From an uncultured Planctomycetota bacterium (GTDB lineage: Bacteria; Planctomycetota; Planctomycetia; Isosphaerales; Isosphaeraceae), in NCBI GenBank assembly GCA_963823665.1, contig CAWGMQ010000010.1:416001-480000 (forward strand): DNA of 64,000 nt, in the 5' to 3' direction. The notes beneath the pieces are model-generated. The model saw only the letters and a list, made by a program, of their open reading frames with translations. It did no database searches and was not told where the DNA came from. This document shows, one piece after another, positions 22,479 to 34,400 of the stretch (within the stretch, counting starts at the first letter, position 1; every line of letters begins with the position of its first letter). The position numbers and the translations under genes were made by a program.

Positions 22479-22754
22479 ATGTGCAGAAACATCAAGACGC
22501 TATTCAACTTTGAGCCGCCCGCGACGGAAGCGGAGATTCGGGACGCATCGCTCCAATTCGTGAGAAAGATCTGTGGATTCACCAGTCCATCCAAAGCAAA
22601 CGAACTTGCGTTCGAGCGCGCGGTCGAAGAAGTTACGGCATCAGCCAGAGCACTTATTCGATCGTTGGTCACCACGGCTGAGCCGCGCAACCGCGAGGTT
22701 GAATCTGAGAAACTACGGGCCCGGTCCGCCGTGAGGTTCGGGCCGAAGCAATGA
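22479..22754 (+). CDS. DUF2277 family protein
   Basis: MCRNIKTLFNFEPPATEAEIRDASLQFVRKI N-terminus. Confidence 0.85.
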   Translation: MCRNIKTLFNFEPPATEAEIRDASLQFVRKICGFTSPSKANELAFERAVEEVTASARALIRSLVTTAEPRNREVESEKLRARSAVRFGPKQ

Positions 22755-22914
22755 GAGTCCGTTCATCATCTTCACTTTCACTTGTGTTTCGGCGCGTGCC
22801 GTGCAGAGAATTGACGCAGGACAAGTGATTCCGTACTCGCTCCTCGACGCATCGATTATGTCACCGATCAGAATGTGCCTGTGTCTGGAATCCCCCAGCT
22901 TCGGGTCGGGGGCC

Positions 22915-23777
22915 ATGGCAAGGCGATTAGATCGCGCCGAGCCGGTGCTTCTTCATCCCCAGAGAACCGTGCCGCGCCGGCAACGTCTGTTCGCGCCGGG
23001 ATCGACGCGCTCGAGGCTCGAGTGCAGCTCAACGGGGCTTCGGGCGGGGTTCAGATCGGCGTCGATCAAACCACGGCGAATCTCCTGTACCAGGACTTCA
23101 TGAACAATTCGCAGGTCCCTTCCGGCAATACCGGCAACGTCGCCGCGCGCATCGCGGGCACGCTCAGTCCGCAGTATCTTGCGGCCGTCCAGGAAAAGAT
23201 CGACGACCTGCGCTGGACGGCCGGCGATCCAGGAACGATCACCCTTCGCAGGCCAGCGTCAGCGTGACTCAGAACGGCGTGCCGCAACCCGTGACGATCG
23301 AGGACGCGGAGGCAGCCGGTCAGGGTATCGTAGGGACGGCGATCACTTGGATCCTGCCGTCCACCCCCACCGGAGAGCAGCCGGCCACGTACTCGGTGAC
23401 GATCAGCGGCATTCTGAATGCGAACCATCAGCCGCTCCCGGACATCTCCTACACGACAACGACGTTCGTTCCGACGCCCACCACGGCGACCTTGACCTCG
23501 CAGGTGGAATTCCTGGCGCCGACAAACCAGACCGCCTTCGGGTCCGCGACGTCGACGGTCACTTTGGCGCGGAGCTTGAGCGTCGCTGCGCCGCTTTCGG
23601 TGATCGTCCAGGGAAACGGAGTTTCCCAGGAGGTTGACTTTGCCGCGGGCCAGGCCTACGCCACCGCCATCTTGCCGACCGGATCATTCACCCTGACCGA
23701 CCCCCAGGGCGGCGTCGTCGCACCTGGCGGAGGCACGACCCAGGTCGTGCCCTCGAACGCCGGCGGTCGTCGGCTAG
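22915..23777 (+). pseudogene. Decayed planctomycete extracellular protein (LE.R.L leader, Ig-like segments)
   Basis: MARRLD...IDALEARVQL across a frameshift, start of a possible CAP-like domain, abrupt jump to Ig-like strands, ending at the AVVG-stop repeat. Confidence 0.55.
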
Positions 23778-23788
23778 GGGAGGAGACG
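23761..23788 (+). repeat. 28-bp direct repeat, copy 2
   Basis: Matches 6258-6285 with one mismatch. Confidence 0.85.
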
Positions 23789-24097
23789 AGACCCAATCTT
23801 TCAAGTGGGTTCCGGCGAAAGCCAGGGACAGGTGACTCGCACCGGTTCGCATCCCGCGATTGCTCCCTTGCGGCCGATGCCGCGCGCAGCAGGCGCCGTA
23901 GCACGCGCGGCAAGCAATCGTGCGCGCTTGGGTAGGTCGCCTGCGCTTGCACGCGTCCGTTGACGTCTCGGATTTCGCCTTTTTCGACGCTGTCCTTGGC
24001 ACTTGCAAGTCGATTGCCGGTTTACGATCATGACACCGCTATCGGTTGGCGATCCCGGGTTTGCGACCGACCCCCTGTGAAGACGAGGCGAGTAGCG

Positions 24098-25054
24098 ATG
24101 AAGATTGTGATTCTGGACGGACGGCCGATGTTCGCGGATCGCGCAGGTTGGTCGGGGCTGGACCAATTCGGCGAAGTCGAACTGTACCAGGCCAGCTCTG
24201 CCGAGGAGGTCCCCTCGCGTGCCAGCGGCGCCGAGATTCTGATCACGAACAAGGCACCGATCCGAGCGGAATTGATCGCTGGGTCGGAGGTCCTGCGGTT
24301 TATCTCGGTGACGGCCACGGGATTCGACTGTGTGGATATCGCGGCCGCGCGCAAGCGAGGGATTCCGGTCTCCAACGTGCCGATTTATGGAACGCGGTCG
24401 GTCGGGCAGTATGTCCTTGCGCTCTTGCTCGAGCTCTGCCACCACGTCAGCCTCCACGACCAAGCCGTCCGGGCTCTGGAGTGGACCAACCAACCCGACT
24501 TCTCGATCCGGAAAACGCCGCTCATCGAGCTGGCCGGCAAGACCATGGGGATCGTGGGATTGGGCCGAATCGGCGAGTGCACGGCCGAGCTGGCGCAGGC
24601 GTTCGGGATGAAGGTCCTGGCATATGATTCCTTTCAAAGACCCTTGCCGCCGGGTCTTTCCGTGGAATGGTGCGAGGTCGACGACCTATTTGCACGATCC
24701 GATGCGATCAGCCTTCATTGCCCGCTCACGCCGCAAACGGCCGGGCTGGTCAATCGTGCCCGGCTCGCGAAGATGAAGCCGACGGCATTCCTGATCAATA
24801 CCGCGCGCGGTCCGCTGATCGTCGATGCCGACCTGGCCCAGGCGCTCGAAGAAGGACGCCTCGCCGGCGCGGCTGTGGACGTCGTGTCGGTTGAGCCGAT
24901 TCGACCGGATAATCCCCTGCTCAAAGCCCCGCGCTGCATCATCACGCCGCACATCGCCTGGGCGACGGCCGAGGCGCGGAGCAGGCTAATGGAATCAACA
25001 ATCGCGAACGTGGCGGCATTCCTGGCTGGGGAGCCGGTGAACGTGGTGAACTGA
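24098..25054 (+). CDS. D-2-hydroxyacid dehydrogenase (glycerate dehydrogenase-like)
   Basis: MKIVILDG start, GLGRIG, SLHCPL, INTARG, DV...EP, TPHIAWA. Confidence 0.92.
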   Translation: MKIVILDGRPMFADRAGWSGLDQFGEVELYQASSAEEVPSRASGAEILITNKAPIRAELIAGSEVLRFISVTATGFDCVDIAAARKRGIPVSNVPIYGTRSVGQYVLALLLELCHHVSLHDQAVRALEWTNQPDFSIRKTPLIELAGKTMGIVGLGRIGECTAELAQAFGMKVLAYDSFQRPLPPGLSVEWCEVDDLFARSDAISLHCPLTPQTAGLVNRARLAKMKPTAFLINTARGPLIVDADLAQALEEGRLAGAAVDVVSVEPIRPDNPLLKAPRCIITPHIAWATAEARSRLMESTIANVAAFLAGEPVNVVN

Positions 25055-25055
25055 T

Positions 25056-26105
25056 CTACCGCGTCTCGCGAACCAAAGTCGCAGTCTGGATCCGGCTGGG
25101 GATCTTGGTTGCGTGCGGGTCGTTGTCGTACGTGATGATGAGCTTGACCGAAGTTCGCTCGGCGGTTTTCTCGACACCGAGGATTGCCAGGCCCTCGCAC
25201 TTCATCGCCACCTCGAATGTCGCGACCTTGCGGGCCTGGGCGGTCTCGCCGTCGGGGATGAACCAAAGGGTGTTGCCGTGGAAGGCGTTTTCCTCGTCTT
25301 CGGAGGCCGTGACGACCAGTGATCCGCCGAGCGCGGGCACGTGCTCTAGCGAGGTGAGCTCCGATGGCGATCCCTCTCGCGATTCGGCGGTGAATGAAAA
25401 CGCGGGCTTGAGCTCCAGTTCCGCGTCCGGTGACGGTGCGCTCGAGATATCGCACTGGAAGACACGCACCTTGTCGGTCGGCGCTCGCAAGCCGACCAGC
25501 AGCTCGCGCTTGAGCGCGCCGTCGGCGTTTTTAGACTCGCGAATCGCAAGACCTTCGACTTTTCGCTTGGCGACGGCGCCGGGGGCGAGGCCCTCGCTCT
25601 TGAGATTCGCCTCGAGTGAGCGGGCGACGTGCCAGCTTACGACGGAAGTGTCATCGATGGCCGGCGAATCACCCTCGCTCACGCGAAATCGGAGCAGCAC
25701 GCTTTTTGACGCTCGTTCTTCATCCGTCTTGCCGACGTGGGCACCGATCAAGTACAGGTTCCCCTCGCTGTCGCGCGCCATGCCTTCCCATTTCGGGCCG
25801 CCCAGCCACGAAGCCGCTGGAAATTTCGGAGAGGTGATCGGCTCGCCGAGGACGCTTCCGGTCGCGGCGTCGACGACGAAAAGCGCCGGATGTTTGTCGT
25901 GCGCGACCAGCAGACGCCGGCCGTCGCCGATCGGCTCGACGCCCGACGGCTCGATCATGCGGTCGAGCTTTCCACCGACCAAAAGCGGCACGGGCACGCT
26001 CGTCGCCTCGAGGCGAAGCTCTTGCGCGACGACCGGCGAATGCATCGCGGTCCAAAGTCCAATGACGAGCGCGGCACAAGACGAAGTCTTGGTACGAAAT
26101 TCCAT
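25056..26105 (-). CDS. Secreted beta-propeller-like protein (DUF3616-like)
   Basis: Signal peptide after MEFRTK; repeated EPSG/WEG/VEG/CEG blade motifs, LLVGLRAP. Confidence 0.6.
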   Translation of the reverse strand: MEFRTKTSSCAALVIGLWTAMHSPVVAQELRLEATSVPVPLLVGGKLDRMIEPSGVEPIGDGRRLLVAHDKHPALFVVDAATGSVLGEPITSPKFPAASWLGGPKWEGMARDSEGNLYLIGAHVGKTDEERASKSVLLRFRVSEGDSPAIDDTSVVSWHVARSLEANLKSEGLAPGAVAKRKVEGLAIRESKNADGALKRELLVGLRAPTDKVRVFQCDISSAPSPDAELELKPAFSFTAESREGSPSELTSLEHVPALGGSLVVTASEDEENAFHGNTLWFIPDGETAQARKVATFEVAMKCEGLAILGVEKTAERTSVKLIITYDNDPHATKIPSRIQTATLVRETR

Positions 26106-26198
26106 GGCTGTATCCTTCAATGGTGCGAGGCGGGGGTGTCCAGGCGCGGGAGCGGTCGGTCGGTTTATCACGAAATTCGCAGTCGCGGAAAGCGGCGT

Positions 26199-26624
26199 TC
26201 ATGGAATGGCAAAGGTGAACTCTTTGTTCTCGGCCGAGACGTCGGCTTCGAACTTCGATGACCCCCCGTCCGCATACTTCTTGGGGACGGCGGGCTTCGC
26301 CTTCGGGTCGGTGCCGATGATGGAAACCCGGTGATGGCCGGGGACAACTCCATCACCTTCTTTGAGCGTGGTGAGCGCGAACGTACCGTCCGGTTGCAGC
26401 TTGCCCGTGGCCGGCCGGCCGTAATCTTCGGGCTCGAATCGAACGGTTCCGGTCGTGAGCGGTTGACCTTTGAACGTGACTTTGCCCGTGACAGGCACCA
26501 GGCTGGGCATCGTTCCTGAGCCGCTGGCACCGCAGCCAATGCACGAACCGAGCAGGACGGAGGCCAGCATCGGGAACCTGAGAGCGCGGTAGAGGGCAAT
26601 TCGCTTCGTGAGCTCGGAAGACAT
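26199..26624 (-). CDS. Small lipoprotein partner of DUF1559 proteins (carboxypeptidase-regulatory-like fold)
   Basis: Lipobox CIGC, VPVTGKVTFKGQP, DGTF.LTT, GVVPG.H.V, PKKY. Confidence 0.8.
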   Translation of the reverse strand: MSSELTKRIALYRALRFPMLASVLLGSCIGCGASGSGTMPSLVPVTGKVTFKGQPLTTGTVRFEPEDYGRPATGKLQPDGTFALTTLKEGDGVVPGHHRVSIIGTDPKAKPAVPKKYADGGSSKFEADVSAENKEFTFAIP

Positions 26625-26731
26625 GACAGGTCGTCCTCTGATCGAGAGAAAAAGCGTGTGCGGCGAACGTTTCGGAACGACGCACACGCTCATTGGTGAT
26701 GATGTTCGGAAAGCGATACGATGCTTGGAGC

Positions 26732-27892
26732 TCAATACTGATCAGAGCTGACCACCTCGCCGCCAGCGACCGAGCCCAGGGCTTGCCACGTTACCGGACT
26801 GACAGAGTTCTTGACGAAATGGACGCTTCCATCCGCGAAGAGCGCGTTCACGCCGCTGGGGTGATAGCTGCTCGCACAGAGCGACATGTAGGTCGGGCTG
26901 CCATCGTTCTCGTCAATCGAGTCCCAATCCATCGGAAGAATCCGACCGGCATTGGCGAACCCAACTGCGCGACTGACGGTAGAGACTTGCATGTTCGGTG
27001 GCATCGCCGTGGTGATGCCGGAATAGTACACGCCGCCGTTAGCCCAGCGGGTGTGTCCGATCGGGCCGCCCGCTTTGACCTTTCCGGTCCCCGTGCCACA
27101 TGAGTTGATGAGGATTAACAGATCTGCAGCCGAATTAGGCCCGGGCAGCGGGACGTTGGTCGGGGTCCAGGTTCCGATATCCGGGGTCGACGGCGCCGCT
27201 GGCGAGTTCAAGCAGCTTCGCATCTGAGCGTGGCCGATGTAGCCCTCGGAGGCCATGAGCGTGTTGCTCAAACCGTCAGTCACCGCGGCGATCCTGCGCG
27301 AGTAGTTGGGGCCGAACAACGTGCGATTTTGCGGACCCACCACGTTCGTAGCACCCCAGATAATCGAGTAGACATACCAGTCGCCGTCAACAGTCCCGTA
27401 GCTCGTGGTGGCGTCACCAGTGCCGCCCAGCGACGCATCGTCGATGTGGCTGCCAGGGTCGCTCGGGCAGTAGAGGAAACTGAGTGGAGTGAACGACACA
27501 GTCGTGTTGGACCCGTCGCTGTAGGTATTGTCAAAGTTGATTGCGTTGAACATCGGGCTCTGCTCCATGAACGGAAGCGCCCGAGCGAACGCACTCCACG
27601 ACGACTGAAAACCTCCGCAGGTGATACTGATCGACCCGCCTCCAGGGGCGCCAGTCGGGCAGGGGACCAGGATCGTTGTCATCGAAAAGACGCCGTTTGA
27701 GCTTTCATAGTTCATGAAAGCCAGACCAATTTGCTTGAGGTTGTTGGTGCACTGGGCGCGACGCGCGGCTTCGCGTGCGGATTGCACGGCTGGTAGCAAG
27801 AGTGCGATCAGCACGGCGATGATCGCAATGACTACCAGCAGTTCGATCAGTGTGAATCCAGCCGGACGTCGGCTTGGACGGGTTTGATGCAT
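26732..27892 (-). CDS. DUF1559 prepilin-type cleavage/methylation protein
   Basis: [62 protein letters not shown] (H-X9-DG). Confidence 0.95.
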   Translation of the reverse strand: MHQTRPSRRPAGFTLIELLVVIAIIAVLIALLLPAVQSAREAARRAQCTNNLKQIGLAFMNYESSNGVFSMTTILVPCPTGAPGGGSISITCGGFQSSWSAFARALPFMEQSPMFNAINFDNTYSDGSNTTVSFTPLSFLYCPSDPGSHIDDASLGGTGDATTSYGTVDGDWYVYSIIWGATNVVGPQNRTLFGPNYSRRIAAVTDGLSNTLMASEGYIGHAQMRSCLNSPAAPSTPDIGTWTPTNVPLPGPNSAADLLILINSCGTGTGKVKAGGPIGHTRWANGGVYYSGITTAMPPNMQVSTVSRAVGFANAGRILPMDWDSIDENDGSPTYMSLCASSYHPSGVNALFADGSVHFVKNSVSPVTWQALGSVAGGEVVSSDQY

Positions 27893-28383
27893 CGAGGCCA
27901 CTCCATGATTGAGACCAGAAGCGCGATCACTTAATCGCATGCACGGACAAAGAGTGTGAACGATTGGTGTGCGCGAACTCTGAAGAAGGTGTGAAGATCC
28001 AATGAATTGTCCGGTGTTCAGTCTCGTGTACTTAATTCTCTCGGGGAACTCGACGAGGAAGCGCGCGAGGACATGATCGGTGCGCGCCGGCGTGATCCGA
28101 CGGTGCGCAACTGGCGGGCCCGACATTGGATCTGTGCACGAATGAAATAGAGGGGGTTGCTCGTTCGCGACGGCGCGGGTCGACGGCTTGGCCACTTCTG
28201 GCCAGCGCTTGCGATTGCGCCGCCGCCTTTTCGGGGCGCCGCACTGACGTTCGGCCACAAGCCGTGCGACCGGTTGGATAGATACGACCAGGTTGGCGGT
28301 TTCGCCGCGACCGCACATTCCCGGGATCAGGTCAGGAATCAGTGCGGATCGGCCGCGGGCACGCCGCGGAGCGGCACGGGGAC

Positions 28384-28409
28384 CGTTCCCACGCAGGAGC
28401 GTGGGAACG
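28384..28409. repeat. REP-like palindrome
   Basis: CGTTCCCACGC-AGGA-GCGTGGGAACG, perfect 11-bp stem downstream of the giant gene. Confidence 0.7.
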
Positions 28410-28448
28410 AAACCCGAATGGTCGTGCGATCGTTTCAGGCGGGCGGGC

Positions 28449-31400
28449 TCATTTGCGGTCCGCCGCCTTCTTCACCGCCATTGGTCCGCCGTGCACGGCG
28501 TCGATCTTCACTCCGCCTTTCGAGATCACGGCAACGGCGTTGCTGCCGGCCGTACCGGTGTCGGCACCGTCGATCAGTCGACCCTCGGCGTCTTGCAGAC
28601 CGCCCGGCGCGGTGCCCTGGACGATCAACTCGATCGCCTTCGAGATCCGCGTTGGCGTCTTGAGCGTCAACGTGACCTCGTCGCTGGAGTAGGCCGCCTT
28701 CTTGACCTTGATCAGGTTCTTCTTCTTGGGAATGAACTGGCCTGACTTGTTGGCCACGATCAACTCGTAGAGAGCGGTGCTCATGGCCTGGGACCCGTTC
28801 AGGGCGCCGCTCCAGTCGACCTGGATCTGCTTCACCTGATGCTTGCTGTTGGTCACGAGGCCGACCGACTGGAGAGTAACCAGAGGCGGCGGCGGAGGTG
28901 TGGTCGCCTGAATCACGAGCATCGCCGTGGACTGGCTGCCCAGTTCGGCGTTGGTTCCAGGGTTGCTCAGGGCGATGGTTACTGTCAATCCCGTCGGGAG
29001 TGCGCCCGTGTTGATGACCGGAATCATTACCGTTTGACTGGTCTGCCCTGCGGCAAAGTTCAACACCTGGTTCACCGGTGTGTAATTGACGCCAGCGACT
29101 GCCGTGCCGGTCGTTGTCGCCACCCGGACCGAGACAGCCCCGGAGTAGCCGCTGGTGCGCACGACCTCGACCGCTGCTTCGCCCACGGTTTCGTTGACAG
29201 TCACCGTGCCGGTGGCAAATGCGACCTGGGCAGGCGGGGAGACGGTCACGGGGTTGGTGGTGACGCCGGTCAAGCCGGTGCTGGAGACCGAGATCGGCAC
29301 GGCTCCGTTCGACTCGGTGAGCAGCAACCCGCTGAAGGTCACTTCGCCGTTGGCGGCGGCGATCGACGTTAACCCGGTCAAGGTTGCGCCCGATCCGGCG
29401 GGCACGCTGGCGACGATCTGGCCGGTGTAAGGCGTGGCGATATTGCCGTAGGTGTCTTCGGCGGCAACGATGAACCCGAAGGCGGTGCCGGAGGTGATGA
29501 CCGACGGCGGTTCTGAGATCAGCACGAGGTGTGTCGCCGGCGCCGGATTGACGGTGATCGATCCCGTCGTGACGGGGGAGAGCCCGGTCGCACTTGCGGT
29601 CAAGGTGTAACCGGTCGCGGCGATCTCGGCGGTGATGAAGGCGTGGAAGTTGGCAACTCCGCCGACGGCGGCCACCGTGAGCGGCCCGCTCAAGGTGGCG
29701 TTGCCCGGATTGTTCTGAAGCGCGATCGTCACGTTGCCGGTGTATCCGGTCGCGAGGTTCCCGAATTGATCGAGAGCGGCGATGGCCAGGCCGAACTGAG
29801 AGCCTGAAGTCATGGTTGTCGGCGGCGGAATGTAGACGATCAGGGTCGTCGCTGTCGCGGGTGTGACGGTGATGGGCGCCGATGGCGGCGAAGTGAGCGT
29901 GCCGCTCGAGGCCGCAATCGTGTACGGACTTCCGGCTGTGTTCAACTGGAGGGTCGAGAACTGGGCCACGCCGCTCGCGGCCGGGGCGATCAGCGTTCCG
30001 CCCAGGACGCCCGTCCCCGGATCGTGCGACAGCGAGACAGCAACATTGCCGTGGAATCCTGTTGCCACGTTGCCGAAAATGTCCTCGGCGGTGATCGCCA
30101 TTCCAAAGGGACTGCCCGCGGTGACGCTCGAGGGCGGCTGGGTCGAGATGACGAACTGCGAAGCGGCCAGCGCAGTCACGGTGACGGCCGTGGTCGTGGC
30201 GGGTGTCAGTCCTGTACCGGAGACTTGAAGCGTGTAGCTGCCCGTCTTGGTGAGGATCAAGCCGCTCGCCGTGGCCACTCCGGCCGTGGCCGTCGCACTA
30301 TTGGCCCCGGTGAGCACGGCGCCGCTGGGCCCTGACAGCAGGCTGATCGTTTCGATGCCGTTGAAGCCGGTGGCGAGATTGCCGTACTGGTCCTCTGCGG
30401 TGATGACGAAGCCGAACTGGGAGCCCGCGGCCACGGTGGTTGCCGGCTCGGTCGTGATGAGAAGCTTCGCAGCCGGACCGGGGTTCACGGTGAAGGCGGT
30501 GCTTGTCGTGCCGGTCAGGCCGGGACTGACCACCGCAAGCGTATAGCCGCTGCCGACCGTGCCCACATTCAGATCAGAGAACGTGGCGACGCCGCCGACC
30601 GCCGTCACGGTGAGCGTGCCACCGAGCTGCGATGTCGGGCCGCTTGCCAGGGAGACCGTGACGCTGCCGTTGAAATCTCCGTCCGGATTGTTCATGGCGT
30701 CGAGCGCTGTGACCTGGAAGCTGAACGCCTGAGCGACGGTGACATTCGAGGGCGGCTCAACGGTGATTTCGAGCGCGACCGCGGGCGTCGGGGTGACGTC
30801 GATCGGGGTCGACGCCATCGAGGTGAGGTTGCCGGCACTCCCCTGGAGTGTGTAGCCGTTGCCGACCTCGGTGATCGACAGGTCGGTGAACGACGCGAGG
30901 CCGCTCACCAGGTTGGCGGTCGTGTCGCCTCCCAGACTGGCCAGATTGGGGTTGTGATCGAGTGTCACCGAGACCGACTCGTTCGAGCCGGTTTCGAGGT
31001 TTCCGTACTGGTCTTCGAGAGCCAGAGCCGCTCCGAAGGGGAAATTGTGAACGACCGAGGACGGCGGCTCCGCCGCCCACACCAACTGGGAGGCCGGAGC
31101 GGGATTGACCGTGATCGAGGTCGACATGGTCGACGTCAGCAGGGGTGTGCTGGTGGCGAGTATCTTGAACGTGCCGGTCGTGTCGATGGCCAGGCCCGAG
31201 AACGCCGCCTGACCGTTTGCCACGTTGAGCGTGGTGGTGCCCGTGAGCGTTCCGCCCGCGATCGAGACGGTCACCTGACCGGAGAAGCCGACGTCGACGT
31301 TGCCGTATGGGTCGAGCGCGGTGACATCCAGTCCGAACGTCTGGCCGGCGATGACACTCGATGGCGGCTCGTTCGCCTGCGTGATGACGAGGTGGTCGGC

Positions 31401-34400
31401 CGGCGCGTTGGTCACGTCGATCGGATTCGTCGTCACGGGCGTGAGGCTGCCGCTCGTGACCTTGAGGGTGTAGTTCATCCCGACCTTGTTGAGCGTCAGA
31501 CCGCTGAAGACTGCTTGGCCGTCGATCACGGGGACGGTCTCGGCTACACCGGCGGGGTTCGAGCCACCGGGGTTGGCCATGATGGCAACCGAAACGTTGC
31601 CCGAGAAAATCGTGGTGGGATTGCCGAAGATGTCATCGGCGCCGACCGTGAAGCCCCACGTGGAGCCGGCCTGAACGGGGCTCGGCGGTTGCTGGATGAT
31701 AAAGAGCTGGGTGGCGGCACCGACGATCACGATCGGGGTGGATTCGGGCGAGGTGGTGACCAGGCCGGGGCTGGAGCCGAGGAGATTGTAGGTGCCGTCC
31801 GTTCCGATCGAGAGGTTCATGAAAGTCGCGACGCCCGCGACCGCGTTCTCCGTTTCCGTGCCGGCCAGGCCGTTGGCACCGCCCGCGAGGGAGATCGTCA
31901 CGGGGCCGTTGTAAGTCGTGGCGATGTTTCCGAACTCGTCTTCGGCGTCGACGAGCACGGGCAACGGAGTCGCGAAATTCGCGCCCGGCAGGGCGGTCGC
32001 CGGTGGCTCGCCGTTCGGGTCGAACTCCAGGTGGGTGGCCGGATCCCAGTTGAACGTGTAGAACACCTTGTTGCCGACCGCGCCGGCGTCGTCGGTGGCA
32101 AAGACCTCGATGGTCTTGTTACCGTCGGTTGTATAGAGCGAAGCCGGGTTCCAATTGAAGGTGAAGGAGCCATTGGCACTGGTGGAATTGGTCGAGTCGG
32201 GAACCGGGATCGGGTTGTTGGGATTGTAGCCGGCGATCACGATCGGGTTGCCCGGGTCGGTGACGTCTTCGACCGTGACCCAGGTGCTGTTGCCGAAGCC
32301 GCTGATCTCGCTCAGGCCGCTGATTGTGATCGGCGTGCCGACGTACGGCGGGTTGGTCCCGACCCCGGGGGCCGTGGGGGCGACGGTAACGGAATTGCCG
32401 ACGAGCAAGGGGGGCAGGTTGATCGCGAACTGGCCGCGGCCCCAGGTAGTGGCCAGCAGCAGATCGGGATCCGCGGTCACCGTGGGATCGGCGGCGGCCA
32501 GGGTTGCGGTTCCGGTGGCTGTGGCGTTCGCGGAGAGAACGATGCTCTGGCCGAACGTGTTGACCGACACGATCGTCGTCCCTGCCGGTATGCCGGCGCC
32601 GGTGATGGTATCACCCGGGAGAAGCGACGACACGGGATTGACGCCTGTCACCGAGTCGGAACCGCTGGTGAGCGTGGCCGAAAGGACGATCGCCTCATCG
32701 GGGCCGGCCAGGGTAGGCATTCCGGTATTGGCGTTGACATTGCCCAGGGACACGTCAAGGTCGGTGACGGCTGCGTGAGGAAGGTCGCCGCCATCTGCGA
32801 CGGCACCATAGGTGGTGCTCGGGAAGAGGGTCCAGGTTGCTCCGTTGTCGAGCGACTGGAAGACGCCTGAGCCGGTGCTTCCGGAGCCGCCGGAGCTCAC
32901 GTAGAGCACCGGGTGACTGCCCTTGGTGGGGTCGGACGGGTCAAACGGAATCTGATAGCGCCAGTCAGCGACGATCGAGGACAACGTGACCGCCTGGTTG
33001 AGCGTGACCTTGTTGCCGTCCATCGTCGGGTCGTAGTTCTGGCCGAAGATCGAGTACGACAGATCGTTGATGTTGTTCGTGATGTTGGCCCAGGTCGCGC
33101 CCGTGGCGACGGAATTGTTCATGTAGAAGACGCCGTCGGTCGTGATGGCGTAGGCGTCGTGGCTGCCCCGGATCGGGTCCGTGATGATCTCGATGACGGG
33201 CTTGCCGTCCAGGCCGGCGCTGATGTTGATCCAGTTGTTGCTGGTGCCGTTGCCGCCGCCGTTCTGGGTGACGTAGATGCTCCCGGTCTGGGTGCCGACG
33301 TAGATGAAGTTGCCGAGGTTGCCCACTCCCACCGGGGCGGTCGGGTCCGGCGCGCCGTAAGCCAGAGCGAGGTCGAAGCTGCCGGGGCTGCCGAATACGC
33401 TCGGGTCGCCGATGTCGAACCAGGTGACGCCGGCATTCTGAGTGACGAAAACGCGCCCCACATTCGAGCTGATGGCGACTTCGGCGCTATCGACGGGGTT
33501 GACGGCGAAGTCGGTGCCCTGCCCGAAGGGCCATTGCGGGTCGGGCGTCGGCAGATTGCCGGATTGCTGTAGCAAGCCGAAGGTGCGGGCGACGTAACCT
33601 CCGCCTGCCTGGCCGGCGGCGCCCAGACCGGCTCCGCTCAAGCCGGGGCCGATGTACTGGAAGAAGTCGAGGTCATTGCCGCCGCAGCAGGGCATGAAAT
33701 ACTGATAGGCGCTTCCCAGTCCCTGCTGGTCGGTGCCGACTCCAACGGCGTCTCCGGTGTAGTCGCTGGCGGCCTGGAAGTAGGTGATGTTGCCGTCGGA
33801 GAGGATGTTGGGGTCAGACACCGGCCCGCCGTTATCTTGCGAGCTGCCATAGAACATGGCACCGGCGATCTGGGCGGCGGCACTCGAGGGCTGGACCGCA
33901 CCATAGTAGAACTGGGTGATCTGGAGATTGCCGTTGCGGTCAACGTTTGCGAGTTGATCGGTGGGCGAGCCGAGCTGGACGCCGGAGGCGGACTGGCCGA
34001 CCTGAGATTCGAAGGTGCCGTTGTTGTCGAGGATCGTCCAGACACCCTGATCGTTACCCAGGAGGAGGCGCGGCAAACCGGTCAAGGGGTCGACCATCGT
34101 TGTGATCGTCTGGTAGTCGGTCCCGCCGGGGTCGAACGGAATCCAGGTGACGCCGGCTCCGTTGTTGGTGAACTCGGAGTAGTCAAAGACGTCGAGGGAT
34201 GAATTGGCCAGGAAGGGCGATTGCGGGCTGCGGATGAAGTTCTCGTAGGGCGTGACATCGTCGCCGCCCAGAATGTTGTTGATGAAGAACGGAGGTGTAT
34301 CGACCGGGGTCGTGATCGTGACCGGGCCGGTGGAGTTCAGAGCGATCGCGCCGCCGTCGTTCGAGAAGCTTGAATAGGGGACGAGCGAGTGGGCATCCCA

